Assembly (NCBI GenBank): GCA_965203055.1
Contig: OZ241863.1
Span: forward strand, 1,152,001 to 1,216,000
Source: Spirochaetia bacterium
Lineage (GTDB): Bacteria; Spirochaetota; Spirochaetia; SZUA-6; Bin103
DNA: 64,000 nt
Reading direction: 5' to 3'
The position numbers were made by a program, and so were the translations under genes. A model generated the notes under the pieces. The model was not told the origin of the DNA. It searched no databases and saw only the letters and a program-made list of their open reading frames with translations. How positions within the stretch are numbered: position 1 is the stretch's first letter; every line of letters starts with the position of its first letter. Shown here in pieces: positions 46,917 through 56,876 of the stretch.

Positions 46917-48026
46917 CTAAGCGCCGGCCGGCGCGGCCGGCAGGAAGGAGCGGAACCGCTCGAGGCGGTGGAAGGTGACGTAGTTGGCGTCGTGGGCGCG
47001 ATGGGCGCCGCCGAGGCCGTCGGCGTAGGCGGTGCGTGACAGGAACACGAGGTCGTCGCCGTCGATGATCCAGTCCACGTACTGAAACGCGTGCGCGATC
47101 GGATCCGGGTGGAACAGCACTTCGTGGACGACGGACCAGCGGCGCAGGTCGCGCGACGCCGACAGCGCGAGCCGATTGCGGTACCGGTCTGGCCGATCCT
47201 GCGGGTTGACCAGCGCCAGGTAGCAGCCGCTGACCGGGTCGCGGTTGATGGTGAACTTGGTGTTGGCGCCGGGGAACGTGATCCGGTCGGCGGCGGGAGA
47301 ATGGGTGAGCGCGGCGCCGTCCGCGGCAACGCGCGCCACCACCGCCTGCTCGGGGGCGCGGCGGGCGAAGCGGCCGGCGTCCTGATCCTGGCGCAGCACG
47401 TTCCACAGTTCGCCGTCCGGCGCCACCACCACGTTGCCCTCGATCCACTGGCAGCGCGACCAGCGGTGCGCGAGGCGTTCGCCGAAGGTCCAGTTGGCGC
47501 GCTGCAGCAGGTCGGCGTCCGCCGGCGCCGAGATCACGAACGCCTCCCAGGTCTTGCGGTCGGGAGACGGAGCGTATTCCATCGCCTTCCAGATCCGGCC
47601 GCGATGCTCCACGACCGCTACGGCCGCGGTGTGGTAGCCGTCTTCATCGCTGAGCAGGCCGCCGGCGGCGTCGCGCGCCTCGCTCCAGGTGGCGCCGCCG
47701 TCGGTCGAGCGCCGAATCACCATCCGTCCGTTGAGCCGGCCGCCGTAGCGGTCGCAGTGATCGGTGCCAATCAGGTAGAGCGCGCCGCGGTGGAGAAACA
47801 GCTTGGACCAGATCTGCCCGCGCACCACGGCGATGCGATGCCACGAGCGCCCCTGATCGGTCGAGCGGTAGAGGAAGCTGTCGGTGTTGGCGGCGGCCGG
47901 CCCGAACAACGAGTGGCTCGCCACGTAGTGGCCGTTTGGCAGGCGGGCCAGTGACGGGCAGCCATTGTACTGGCGGAGGGCGGCCGGAGTGTGGTTCACC
48001 ACCACGCCCGGCACGGTAAGCGGCAT
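46917..48026 (-). CDS. Sialidase-family/BNR-repeat glycoside hydrolase
   Basis: Asp-boxes STDQGRSW and STDGGATW, FQYVDW, HDANY. Confidence 0.8.
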   Translation of the reverse strand: MPLTVPGVVVNHTPAALRQYNGCPSLARLPNGHYVASHSLFGPAAANTDSFLYRSTDQGRSWHRIAVVRGQIWSKLFLHRGALYLIGTDHCDRYGGRLNGRMVIRRSTDGGATWSEARDAAGGLLSDEDGYHTAAVAVVEHRGRIWKAMEYAPSPDRKTWEAFVISAPADADLLQRANWTFGERLAHRWSRCQWIEGNVVVAPDGELWNVLRQDQDAGRFARRAPEQAVVARVAADGAALTHSPAADRITFPGANTKFTINRDPVSGCYLALVNPQDRPDRYRNRLALSASRDLRRWSVVHEVLFHPDPIAHAFQYVDWIIDGDDLVFLSRTAYADGLGGAHRAHDANYVTFHRLERFRSFLPAAPAGA

Positions 48027-48140
48027 CACGGCTCCCAGTGTAGCATCGCGCGGCGCGCCCGCGCCACGCCGTCGGCGCGCCATCGCCGGTCCCAACGGCG
48101 GGCGGTGGCGGCCGGCGCCGCGGCCGGTTACATTGGCGCC

Positions 48141-49499
48141 GTGAACGTTGACCTGCGACAACTGGCGCAACGGTGGGCGGCGCGCGACCTGGACAGTGTA
48201 CTGGCACGGCGGGTGCGGGCGCTGAACGCCGGGTCGGCCACCGACTGGGGCCTCTCCGCGCGCCAACCCGACCCCGCGCTGCCGCCAATCTCCCTGGCCG
48301 GCGGCATTCCCGACGACGCCACCCTGCCGCGCGCCGGGCTGCTGGCGGCAATGGCGCGCGCGCTGGGCCTGAGCCAAGCCTCCTGCTGCGGCCCCGAGAC
48401 CGCGCCCGGCGCGGCCGCGGCGGCCGACTGCTGCGCTCCGGGCGCGGCCCCCGGGCCGGACCGCGGTGCGCAGCAGGGAGCTGCCGCGCTCTCCTACGGC
48501 GGCGCGCAAGGCTATGAACCGCTCCGCGAACAGGCGGCGCGGTACTTCGCCCGCGACCAGAGCCCGGCGATCGACGCCGAGCACTTCGTGCTTACCAACG
48601 GCGCGGCCGGCGCGATCGACCTGGCCTGCTCGGCGCTGCTCGACCCGGGCGACGTGGTCGTCACCGAGGTGCCGGCCTTCTCCGGCTCGCTGCGGACCAT
48701 TCGCGGCCACGGCGCGCGGTTGGTCGGGGTGACCATGGACGCCGGCGGCATGCGCGTCGACCAGCTCGACGCCACCCTGCAGCGGCTTGCCGCCGCCGGC
48801 ACGCCGGCCAAGCTGATCTACGTATCGCCTACCTTCCACAACCCCACCGGGATCACCATGCCGCTCGCGCGCCGCCATGAGCTGCTGCAGGTGGCGGCGC
48901 GGCGCGGGGTCCTGATCCTGGAGGACACCGCCTACAACGAGCTCTACTTCGGCACCCAGTTGGTTCCCACCCTGGCGGCGCTGGCGCAGGGCCACTTCGT
49001 GTTGACTGCCGGCACTTTCTCCAAGGTGATCGCGCCCGGCCTGCGGGTCGGCTGGCTGCAGGCGCGGCCGGAATTGCTGCGCCGCTTGCTGCCGGCGCGC
49101 TTCGACATGGGCAACAGCCCGCTGCAGCACCGCATGCTGCACGAGTTCATGGTCTCCGGTGAGCTGGCCGGGCACCTGGCGGGCATGCGCGTGCTCTACC
49201 GGAGCAAGATGCAGGCGCTGGCCGGCGCGCTGCGCGACGCGTGCGGCGACGCGCTGCAGTTCACCGAACCGGAAGGCGGATTCTTTCTCTGGCTGCGGTT
49301 GGCGGCCCCGCTGCGGGCGCAGGAGGTGCAGGAACGGGCGCTGGCGCGCGGCGTGGTATTTCCCGTCGGGCGCGGATTCTTCCCCGCGGAGGGACCGCGC
49401 CCGCCCGGCGAGTACCTGCGGCTGGCGTACTCGCGGGCCGGGGCGGCCGACTTGCGCGCCGCCGCCGAACGGCTCGCGGACTGCTTGCAGGGCGGCTGA
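48141..49499 (+). CDS. PLP-dependent aminotransferase class I/II
   Basis: PTFHNPTG, EDTAY, GTFSKVIAPGLRVGW. Confidence 0.9.
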   Translation: MNVDLRQLAQRWAARDLDSVLARRVRALNAGSATDWGLSARQPDPALPPISLAGGIPDDATLPRAGLLAAMARALGLSQASCCGPETAPGAAAAADCCAPGAAPGPDRGAQQGAAALSYGGAQGYEPLREQAARYFARDQSPAIDAEHFVLTNGAAGAIDLACSALLDPGDVVVTEVPAFSGSLRTIRGHGARLVGVTMDAGGMRVDQLDATLQRLAAAGTPAKLIYVSPTFHNPTGITMPLARRHELLQVAARRGVLILEDTAYNELYFGTQLVPTLAALAQGHFVLTAGTFSKVIAPGLRVGWLQARPELLRRLLPARFDMGNSPLQHRMLHEFMVSGELAGHLAGMRVLYRSKMQALAGALRDACGDALQFTEPEGGFFLWLRLAAPLRAQEVQERALARGVVFPVGRGFFPAEGPRPPGEYLRLAYSRAGAADLRAAAERLADCLQGG

Positions 49500-49572
49500 A
49501 CTGCGGCGGGTTGCCGGCGCCTGCGGCTGGTGAGTCGCCTGCCGCGGCGCTCGCGCGCGGACTCCGGGCGCG

Positions 49573-50994
49573 TCAATCCAACGGCGGGCGGCGCTCGGCC
49601 CACGGACAGGCCGCCTCGAACGCCGCCGCGGCCGCCAGCACCGCGAGGTCAGCGCGGCGGCGGCCGACGATCTGCAGGCCCACCGGGAGGCCGGCGGCGG
49701 TGAACCCGCATGGCACGGTGGCCGCCGGCTGGCCGGTCACGTTGAACGGGTAGGTAAACGGCGTCCAACTGAGGCCGGCGTCCAACGGCGCGGCGCCGAT
49801 CCGCGGCGGGCGGTCGAGGCCGGCAGGGAACGCCGGCAGCGGCATGGCCGGCGTGAGCAGCAGCTCGTAGCGCTCCATGAAGACGCGCATGCGGTGGTAG
49901 TAGTCGAGGCGCGCGCGCACCGCCGCGGCAAGCTGCAGGCCGCTCACGGCGCGCGCGCGGTCGATCATCTGCGCCAGACCCGGATCAAGTTGTTCGCGCA
50001 CCGCGGAGAACCGGTCGCCGACCGCGGCGCCCATGCCGGCGCCCCAGATGACGTTGATCGACTCCCACGGGTCAGCGCCCGGCGGCGGCGCGGCTTCCTC
50101 CACCTCGTAGCCCAGCTCCGCGAAGCGCCGCGCCGCGGCGGCGGTCAGCTCCGCCACCTCCGGATCGACCACCGCGGATCCCAGGTCCGGCGACCACGCC
50201 ACCCGGGTCCCGGCGCCGCCGCCCTCCGGCAGCGTCCGCAGCTCGGCCAGATAGTCGCGCCGCGGCGACCAGGAGTGGGGGTCGCGCTCGTCGCGGCCGG
50301 CCATCACGCCGAGCATCAGCGCGGCGTCGCGCACGGTGCGGGTCATCGGCCCGGCGTGCGACAACAGCTCCACCCCGCTGGCCGGGTACTGCGGCACCAG
50401 CCCGAACGACGGCTTGAGTCCGAACACGCCGCAGAAGCAGCAGGGGATGCGGATCGAACCGGCGCCGTCGCTGCCCTGGGCCAGCGGGCCGAGGCCGGCC
50501 GCCACCGCGGCCGCGCCGCCGCCGGAGGAGCCGCCCGGGGTGAGGCCGCGGCGCCACGGGTTGTGGCTGGTCCCGGCCACGCGGTTGCTGGTTTCGCCCT
50601 TCCAGCCGAACTCCGGGGTGTTGCTCTTGCCGAGCAGTACCGCGCCCGCGGCCAGCAGCCGCTCCACCAGCGGGGCGTCGTAGTCGGGCACCCAGTCGCG
50701 CGTCAACAGCGACCCCATGGTGGTGCGGATCCCCTTGGTGGGCACCAGGTCCTTGATGGACAGCGGGATGCCGGCCAACGGCCCGGCACTGCCGTCGCGG
50801 TAGGCGGCCTCCGCGGCGCGCGCCTGCTCCTCGGCCTGCGCGCGGGTGACCGTGACGAATGCGTTCAGGCGCGGCTGCAGCCGCTCGGCGCGCTCCAGCG
50901 CCGCGGCCGTCACCTCGCGCGGCGACAGTTCGCGGCGCCGGTAGCGGGCGCGCAACTCCACCGCGGACAGGTAGCAGAGATCGGCGGCGCTCAC
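49573..50994 (-). CDS. Amidase signature family protein
   Basis: KDL, GGSSGG, GSDGAGSIRIP. Confidence 0.93.
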   Translation of the reverse strand: MSAADLCYLSAVELRARYRRRELSPREVTAAALERAERLQPRLNAFVTVTRAQAEEQARAAEAAYRDGSAGPLAGIPLSIKDLVPTKGIRTTMGSLLTRDWVPDYDAPLVERLLAAGAVLLGKSNTPEFGWKGETSNRVAGTSHNPWRRGLTPGGSSGGGAAAVAAGLGPLAQGSDGAGSIRIPCCFCGVFGLKPSFGLVPQYPASGVELLSHAGPMTRTVRDAALMLGVMAGRDERDPHSWSPRRDYLAELRTLPEGGGAGTRVAWSPDLGSAVVDPEVAELTAAAARRFAELGYEVEEAAPPPGADPWESINVIWGAGMGAAVGDRFSAVREQLDPGLAQMIDRARAVSGLQLAAAVRARLDYYHRMRVFMERYELLLTPAMPLPAFPAGLDRPPRIGAAPLDAGLSWTPFTYPFNVTGQPAATVPCGFTAAGLPVGLQIVGRRRADLAVLAAAAAFEAACPWAERRPPLD

Positions 50995-51383
50995 GAGCCG
51001 TCGACCGAGTCGTCGACCAGGGTGATGCAGTCCTCGCGATTGGGGACGATGCACAGAAACTCGAACGGCGCCTCGGTCACCTCGTAGGAGTGCGGCGCCT
51101 CGGCGGGGATGTACAACGCGCTGCCGGCCTGCACTTCGTGCACGGTCGTCCCGATGGTGACGCGGGCCGCGCCGGCGAGCACGAACTGCTCGTGCTCCAC
51201 GGCGTTGGTGTGGCGCGGCATGCCGCCGCCCGCGCCCATCACGAAGCGGCGCAGCGCGAAGTTGGGCGCGCCGTCGCCGGGACCGATCAGGACCTGCGTC
51301 TCGGTGGCGGTGCCCGCGGCCACCGGCTGAAGGGGAACGGCGCCGGCGCGCTTGCTGACGCCGGCCTGCTCAGTGCTCTGCAT
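50991..51383 (-). CDS. Cupin domain protein
   Basis: PNFALRRF, HTNAVEHEQ, PHSY. Confidence 0.9.
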   Translation of the reverse strand: MQSTEQAGVSKRAGAVPLQPVAAGTATETQVLIGPGDGAPNFALRRFVMGAGGGMPRHTNAVEHEQFVLAGAARVTIGTTVHEVQAGSALYIPAEAPHSYEVTEAPFEFLCIVPNREDCITLVDDSVDGS

Positions 51384-51428
51384 GATGCCCGCCAGAGTAG
51401 CACACGCCGCGCCGCCCGGGCCGGGCGG

Positions 51429-52424
51429 TCAGGGTGCGGGGCGGGGGACGGAGAGGGCCTGGGGATTGAGCAGGTTGGGAGGGCGTTCGCCGTCCAGGCA
51501 GGCGATGATGTTGGCCACGCACACCTCCACCGCGCGGCGCATCGCCACGGTGGTGCTGCTGCCGACGTGCGGCGCGAGGATGACGTTCTCCAGGGTCAGC
51601 AGCGGGCTGTCCGGCGCCAGCGGTTCTTCTTCGAACACGTCGAGGGCGGCGCCGGCCAGATGGCCGCGGCGCAGCGCTTCGATCAACGCGGCTTCATCCA
51701 CTACCGGTCCGCGGCTGGTATTGACCAGGTAGCTGCCGCGCCGCATGCGCGCCAGTTGCGGCGCGCCGATCAGACCGCGCGTCCGTTCCGTCAGGGGAAC
51801 GTGCAGGCTCACCACGTCGCCGGCGCCGAGAATCTGTTCGACCGGGGCCAGCGTGACGCCGTCGCGCCGCGCCTGGGCGGGGCTCAGCGAGCGGCTGAAG
51901 GCCAGCACCTTCATGCCGTGGGCCAGGGCGCGTTGCGCCACGCCGCGGCCGATGTTGCCGTAGCCGATGATGCCCAGCGTCATGGCGTCCAACCCCGGCG
52001 CCAGGAACAGCTCGCGGCGGGTCCAGTTGCCGGCGCGCACCGCGCGGTCGGCCACCACGATGCGGCGTACCAGCGCGGTGATCAGGCCCATGGCGAAGTT
52101 GGCGGTGGCGACGTGCATCACCGGCGCATTGGTCACCAGCACGCCGCGCGCGCTGGCCGCGGCCAGATCGACCGAGTTGTAGCCCATCCCGTCGCGCGTC
52201 ACCAGGCGCAGCTCCGGCAGAGCGGCGAACACCGCCGCGTCGTAGGTCTCGCTGCTGGCGATCACCGCGTTGGCGCCGGCGGCCGCGGCGAGCAATTCGG
52301 CGTCCGTCACGCAACGGCCCACGATTGGCCCGAACGTGACGCGGGCGCGCCCGCGCAGCGGCTCCAACGCCGGCGTGATCAGCTCACGGTCATATTCGGT
52401 GGTGACGCAAACGGTAAACGGCAC
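51429..52424 (-). CDS. D-2-hydroxyacid dehydrogenase (SerA-like)
   Basis: GYGNIG, LVNTSRG, DVFEEEP, PHVG. Confidence 0.92.
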   Translation of the reverse strand: MPFTVCVTTEYDRELITPALEPLRGRARVTFGPIVGRCVTDAELLAAAAGANAVIASSETYDAAVFAALPELRLVTRDGMGYNSVDLAAASARGVLVTNAPVMHVATANFAMGLITALVRRIVVADRAVRAGNWTRRELFLAPGLDAMTLGIIGYGNIGRGVAQRALAHGMKVLAFSRSLSPAQARRDGVTLAPVEQILGAGDVVSLHVPLTERTRGLIGAPQLARMRRGSYLVNTSRGPVVDEAALIEALRRGHLAGAALDVFEEEPLAPDSPLLTLENVILAPHVGSSTTVAMRRAVEVCVANIIACLDGERPPNLLNPQALSVPRPAP

Positions 52425-52446
52425 GGGGCGCTTCTCGCCGGGTCTG

Positions 52447-52914
52447 CTACTGCGCGCTCGTTGGCACGACCCGAATGCGAATCTTGAAGCCGTTGAAGAC
52501 CCTGAGGGCGCCTGCCATTTCGGCGCCGGTCAGGTCGGCTGTTGCAATGAGCCTCACGTATCCCTCCCGTACCTCATAGGTCAACGTCAAGGAAGCGGAA
52601 CGTTTTGGCTCGCTGTCGGGAATAGAGCCGTGGCCCGTGTAAGGGAATGGTCCCCAGGTGTCTGATGTTCGGTCCTGCAGTTGGGCCGTTATCACGGCGT
52701 CCTTCACGTCGGCTGCCGTAATGGCGACCTTGTGGTCGGCAATTGCAAATGTCGTCTCTGGGCGTTCGAAGACGTCGAAGTCCTCGGCGTCCAGCGTAAT
52801 CAGGTAGGTCTTGCTCGCCGGCGCCCCCCCTCTCAGTTGGCAAGCGCCCAACAGGAGCATTGAAGCGACGAACAGGCCCACGATGGTGGTTCCAACTATG
52901 CGATGATGAATCAC
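52447..52914 (-). CDS. Hypothetical lipoprotein
   Basis: SD GGGAGG, hydrophobic core and LGA-C lipobox; lower GC than neighbours. Confidence 0.6.
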   Translation of the reverse strand: MIHHRIVGTTIVGLFVASMLLLGACQLRGGAPASKTYLITLDAEDFDVFERPETTFAIADHKVAITAADVKDAVITAQLQDRTSDTWGPFPYTGHGSIPDSEPKRSASLTLTYEVREGYVRLIATADLTGAEMAGALRVFNGFKIRIRVVPTSAQ

Positions 52915-52963
52915 GCAGTTCCTCCCGTGCCCGGTAGTGTAGCACCGTATCGGCCGTGCTACC

Positions 52964-54313
52964 ATGGCCCGCACCGATGAACGGGTTCGACCAATGGCCG
53001 CGGCCGGCGCCGCGCCGGACGGGGAGCTGGCGATGCCTCCCGTAGCCCGCGTCAAGGGGACGCAGGATTTCTATCCCGAGGCCTGGGCGCAGCAGGTGGC
53101 GTTGCGCGAGATCATGTTGGCCGCCGGGCGCGCCTACGGCTACCGGGAGTATGAAGGTCCGGTCCTCGAATACCTGGATCTCTACCTGGGCAAGAGCAGC
53201 GACGAGATCATCGCCCGCCAGACGTTCCGCATCCGGGACCGCGACGGCAAGGCGCTGTTGCTGCGGCCCGAGCTCACGCCCACCCTGGCGCGGATGATCG
53301 CCGCGCGCGAACGCGAGGTGACGCTGCCGGCGCGCTGGCAGTCGTTCGGCCAGTTCTTCCGCTACGAGCGCCCCCAGCGCGGGCGCGGGCGCTCCTTCTA
53401 CCAATGGAACGTCGATCTGCTCGGCAGCGAGAGTCCGGTGGCCGACGCCGAGGTGATTCTGGTGGCCTGCGAGCTGTTGCGCGCGCTCGGCCTGACACCC
53501 GCTGACGTGCGGGTCCGCGTCAACGACCGCGCCGACCTGGAGCAGGCCCTCACCGGGGCCCTGGGGGTTGCCGCGGAGCAGGTGCGCGGCGTGCTGCAGG
53601 TGATCGACCGGCTGGACAAGGTGGGCGCCGAGCGCGCCCGCGGCCAGCTTGCCGAGCTGGGGCTCGGGGCAGGGCAGGCGCAGGAGGTGGTGGCGTACGT
53701 CGGCGCGCCAAGCCAGGCGCCGCCGGCGCGCCTGGCGGCGGTAATGGAGCAGGTGGCAATTGCCGGCCAGGAGGCCTGGGTCGAGGTGGACCGCTCCATC
53801 GCGCGCGGCTTCGACTACTACACCGGCACCGTGTTCGAGGCGTGGGCGACCGGCGCGCTGCGGCGGGCGATCTTCGGCGGCGGGCGCTACGACGACCTTA
53901 CCCGTCAGGTGGGCGGCAAGCAGCGCGTTCCCGGGGTGGGCATGGCGGTGGGCGACCTGGCGCTGCTGGAGCTGCTGCGGGCGCTGGAGCGGCTGCCGGC
54001 GCCGGCGGGCGGCGGCCCGGCGGCGGTGGTGACGGTGTTCGGGCCGGAGCAGCAACCGGCCTCGGCGCGCTTGGCGGACGGCCTGCGCCGGCGCGGCGTG
54101 GCGGTGGAACTGTGGCTGGACGCCGGCCAGCGGCTGGAACGCCAGTTGAAGCATGCCGACCGCGTGGGCGCCCGCTTCGCATTGATCGTGGGGCCCGACG
54201 AGGCGGCCGCGGGGACGGTGGTAGTCAAGGATCTGCAGCAGCGCGCGCAGGAGCGCCGCCCGGCCGGCGACCTGGACGCGCTGGCGGCGCAGCTTCGCGC
54301 CGCGCCCGGCTGA
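52964..54313 (+). CDS. hisS: Histidine--tRNA ligase
   Basis: KGTQDF, LRPELTP, RYERPQRGR, RGFDYYTG, GGGRYD. Confidence 0.97.
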   Translation: MARTDERVRPMAAAGAAPDGELAMPPVARVKGTQDFYPEAWAQQVALREIMLAAGRAYGYREYEGPVLEYLDLYLGKSSDEIIARQTFRIRDRDGKALLLRPELTPTLARMIAAREREVTLPARWQSFGQFFRYERPQRGRGRSFYQWNVDLLGSESPVADAEVILVACELLRALGLTPADVRVRVNDRADLEQALTGALGVAAEQVRGVLQVIDRLDKVGAERARGQLAELGLGAGQAQEVVAYVGAPSQAPPARLAAVMEQVAIAGQEAWVEVDRSIARGFDYYTGTVFEAWATGALRRAIFGGGRYDDLTRQVGGKQRVPGVGMAVGDLALLELLRALERLPAPAGGGPAAVVTVFGPEQQPASARLADGLRRRGVAVELWLDAGQRLERQLKHADRVGARFALIVGPDEAAAGTVVVKDLQQRAQERRPAGDLDALAAQLRAAPG

Positions 54314-54328
54314 CCGCGGCAGCGCAGT

Positions 54329-54970
54329 GAGTGGCGGCCGGCCTTCAACACCGAGGCGGGGCTCGCCGCCATGCAGTTCTACGTCGACCTGCTCAATACC
54401 GACATGGTAGCCGATCCCGCCTCCACCACCTGGGACGTGGGCGACAAGCTCGGCCCGGTGCTGGAAGGCCGCACCGCGGTGGTGTGGGACTGGACCCACG
54501 TAGCCATGCTGTCGTTGCGCGAGGATCAGTCCAAGGTGGTCGGCAAGTTGGGCTGGACCACCATGCCGGTGGCGGAAGAGGGAATGACGCCCTACACCAT
54601 GGACGACTACTGGGTGTGGTCGATCGGTTCGGCGAGCCGCCACAAGCAGGCCGTGTACGACTTCATTCGCTGGCAGGTGAGCCGGGAGAATGACGCGCTG
54701 ACCTACACCAAGGGCAGCGGCGTCGGCGTGCGCTACGACAACTACCGCGATTCCGAGATGATCGAGCAGTTCCCGTTCGTGACCGGCATCGAAGAGGCGT
54801 TGTCGGTGAACTACTTCACCCCGCCGAAGATTCCGGAATATGCCCAGGTGAACGACGTGATCGGCTTGGCCATGTCGGAGGTGATCGCGGGTCGGAAGGA
54901 CGCGCGGACGGCGTTGAACGAAGCCGAGGAGAAGGTCGATCAGATCATGCGCAAGGCCGGCTACTATTAG
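54329..54970 (+). pseudogene. C-terminal half of a sugar ABC substrate-binding protein (N-terminus missing)
   Basis: EWRPAFNTEAGLAAMQFY...PKIPEYAQV...KAGYY; the frame begins directly after the hisS stop with no signal peptide. Confidence 0.7.
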
Positions 54971-55006
54971 ACTGAGGCGCCACGCGGCTTACGCGGCTGA
55001 CGCGAC

Positions 55007-55945
55007 GTGAACCGCAGCGCAGCGTCCCGTTCCCCGCCGGCCGCGCCGCCGGCGCCGGCCGCGCGCCGGCGGCCGCTGTTCTCCATCCATCCCGCGAAGC
55101 GCGTGCCGCTGCTGATGATGCTGCCGGCGTTGATCGTGCTGGTCGGGGTCGGCGTGTTCCCGCTCGGCAACTCGCTGCGGCTGGCGATGTCGCGCTGGAC
55201 GCTGACCAAGGATCCGGCGCCGGTGTTCGCCGGGGCCGAGAACATCCGCGAGATGCTCGCCGACCCCCGCTTCGGCCGCTCGCTGCAGGCGACCACCGTG
55301 TTCACGGTGGGGGCGGTGAGCAGCGAATTGGTGGTGGGGCTGGCGCTGGCGCTGCTGCTGGCGCCGCGGCGCCGCTTCACCGGGGTGGCCCGCACCATCC
55401 TGCTGATCCCGATGATGATGACGCCGGTAGTGGTGAGCATGTACTGGCGCTACATGCTGAACGGGGAGTTCGGCGTGGTGAAGTACCTGCTGTCCCTGGC
55501 CGGCATCGACGCGCCAATCTGGACCGGCAAAGTGGCGTGGGCGATGCCCACCATCATCGCCATCGACGCCTGGCAGTGGACCCCGTTCGTATACCTCATC
55601 CTGCTCGCCGGGCTGCAGAGTCTGCCGCTGGACGTGATGGAGGCGGCGCGGATCGACGGCGCCTCCAACTGGCAGCGGTTCTGGCGCATCACCCTGCCGT
55701 TGCTGACGCCGTTCATCTACATCGCCGCGCTGTTGCGCTTCATGGACGCGTTCCGCTCCTTCGACATCGTCTTCGTGCTGACCGGCGGCGGCCCGGCCGA
55801 CAGCACGCTGCTGGCGAGCATGTACGTCTACATGCAGGGGTTGCGCTTCTTCAACATGGGCTACGCCGCGGCGCTGTCGTACGTGATCGTGCTGATCGTG
55901 CTGGCCGCCGCGTACGTCTTCATCCGCCTGGAGCGGGAGCCCTAG
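55007..55945 (+). CDS. Carbohydrate ABC transporter permease
   Basis: EAARIDGAS motif, LTGGGP. Confidence 0.92.
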   Translation: MNRSAASRSPPAAPPAPAARRRPLFSIHPAKRVPLLMMLPALIVLVGVGVFPLGNSLRLAMSRWTLTKDPAPVFAGAENIREMLADPRFGRSLQATTVFTVGAVSSELVVGLALALLLAPRRRFTGVARTILLIPMMMTPVVVSMYWRYMLNGEFGVVKYLLSLAGIDAPIWTGKVAWAMPTIIAIDAWQWTPFVYLILLAGLQSLPLDVMEAARIDGASNWQRFWRITLPLLTPFIYIAALLRFMDAFRSFDIVFVLTGGGPADSTLLASMYVYMQGLRFFNMGYAAALSYVIVLIVLAAAYVFIRLEREP

Positions 55946-55948
55946 ACG

Positions 55949-56764
55949 ATGCGCAAACGGCTCGCCGTCGGGCTGCAGAACGCGGCCATCTTCCTGGTGC
56001 TGATCGTGGTGACGTTTCCCTTCCTGTGGGTATTTCTCGCCTCCTTCAAGCCGAAGCAGGAGGTGTACGCCTATCCGCCGAAGTTCATCTTCCGGCCCAC
56101 CTTCGAGAACTACACCCAGGCGCTGATCAGGGAGCGGTTCTACACCCACTTCATCGACTCCGCGGTGGTCACGGTGGCGAGTACTTCGGTGGCGCTGGTG
56201 GCCGGCTCGCTGGTTGCCTACGGCATCGCCCGCCACCGCCTCGGCGGCACGCCGTTTCGCTTCTTCCTGCTCGCCATGCGCACCCTGCCGGCCATTGCGA
56301 TCGTGATTCCGATCTATACGATGTTTCGCGAGCTCCGGCTGCTCGACACCTACTGGGCGCTGATCCTGGTCTATCCGGTATACATGACGCCGCTGGTGGC
56401 GTGGATCATGGTCGGCTTCTTCCGCGAGATTCCGCGCGAGATGGAGGAAGCGGCGTTGATAGACGGCTGCTCGCAATGGGGATTGTTCTGGCGCGTGGTG
56501 GTGCCGGTTGCCGCCCCCGGTCTGGTGGCGGTGGCGATTCTCAACTTCATCGGCGGCTGGAACGAGTTCCTGTTCTCGCTGATCCTCACCAGCCGCAACA
56601 TCCAGACCACGCCGGTGGCGGCGGCCGGATTCTCCACCAACAAGGGCATTCTGTGGGGCGAAATGGCCGCCGTGGGCGTCACCGCTTCGATACCGGTAAT
56701 CGTCTTCGCCCTGATCGTGCAGAAGCGGCTGGTACGCGGGCTGACCCTCGGCGCCGTGCAGTAA
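55949..56764 (+). CDS. Carbohydrate ABC transporter permease
   Basis: EEAALIDGC, WNEFLFSL. Confidence 0.92.
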   Translation: MRKRLAVGLQNAAIFLVLIVVTFPFLWVFLASFKPKQEVYAYPPKFIFRPTFENYTQALIRERFYTHFIDSAVVTVASTSVALVAGSLVAYGIARHRLGGTPFRFFLLAMRTLPAIAIVIPIYTMFRELRLLDTYWALILVYPVYMTPLVAWIMVGFFREIPREMEEAALIDGCSQWGLFWRVVVPVAAPGLVAVAILNFIGGWNEFLFSLILTSRNIQTTPVAAAGFSTNKGILWGEMAAVGVTASIPVIVFALIVQKRLVRGLTLGAVQ

Positions 56765-56876
56765 CTCCGGCGCCATACGCGGCGGGCCGCGCGCCGGCCG
56801 CGCCTTCGCGCAGTTCGGCCGCGCCGTCCGAGTTGATTTGACTCTGGCGGGCGCAAACGGTATATTCGCCCGCGCT

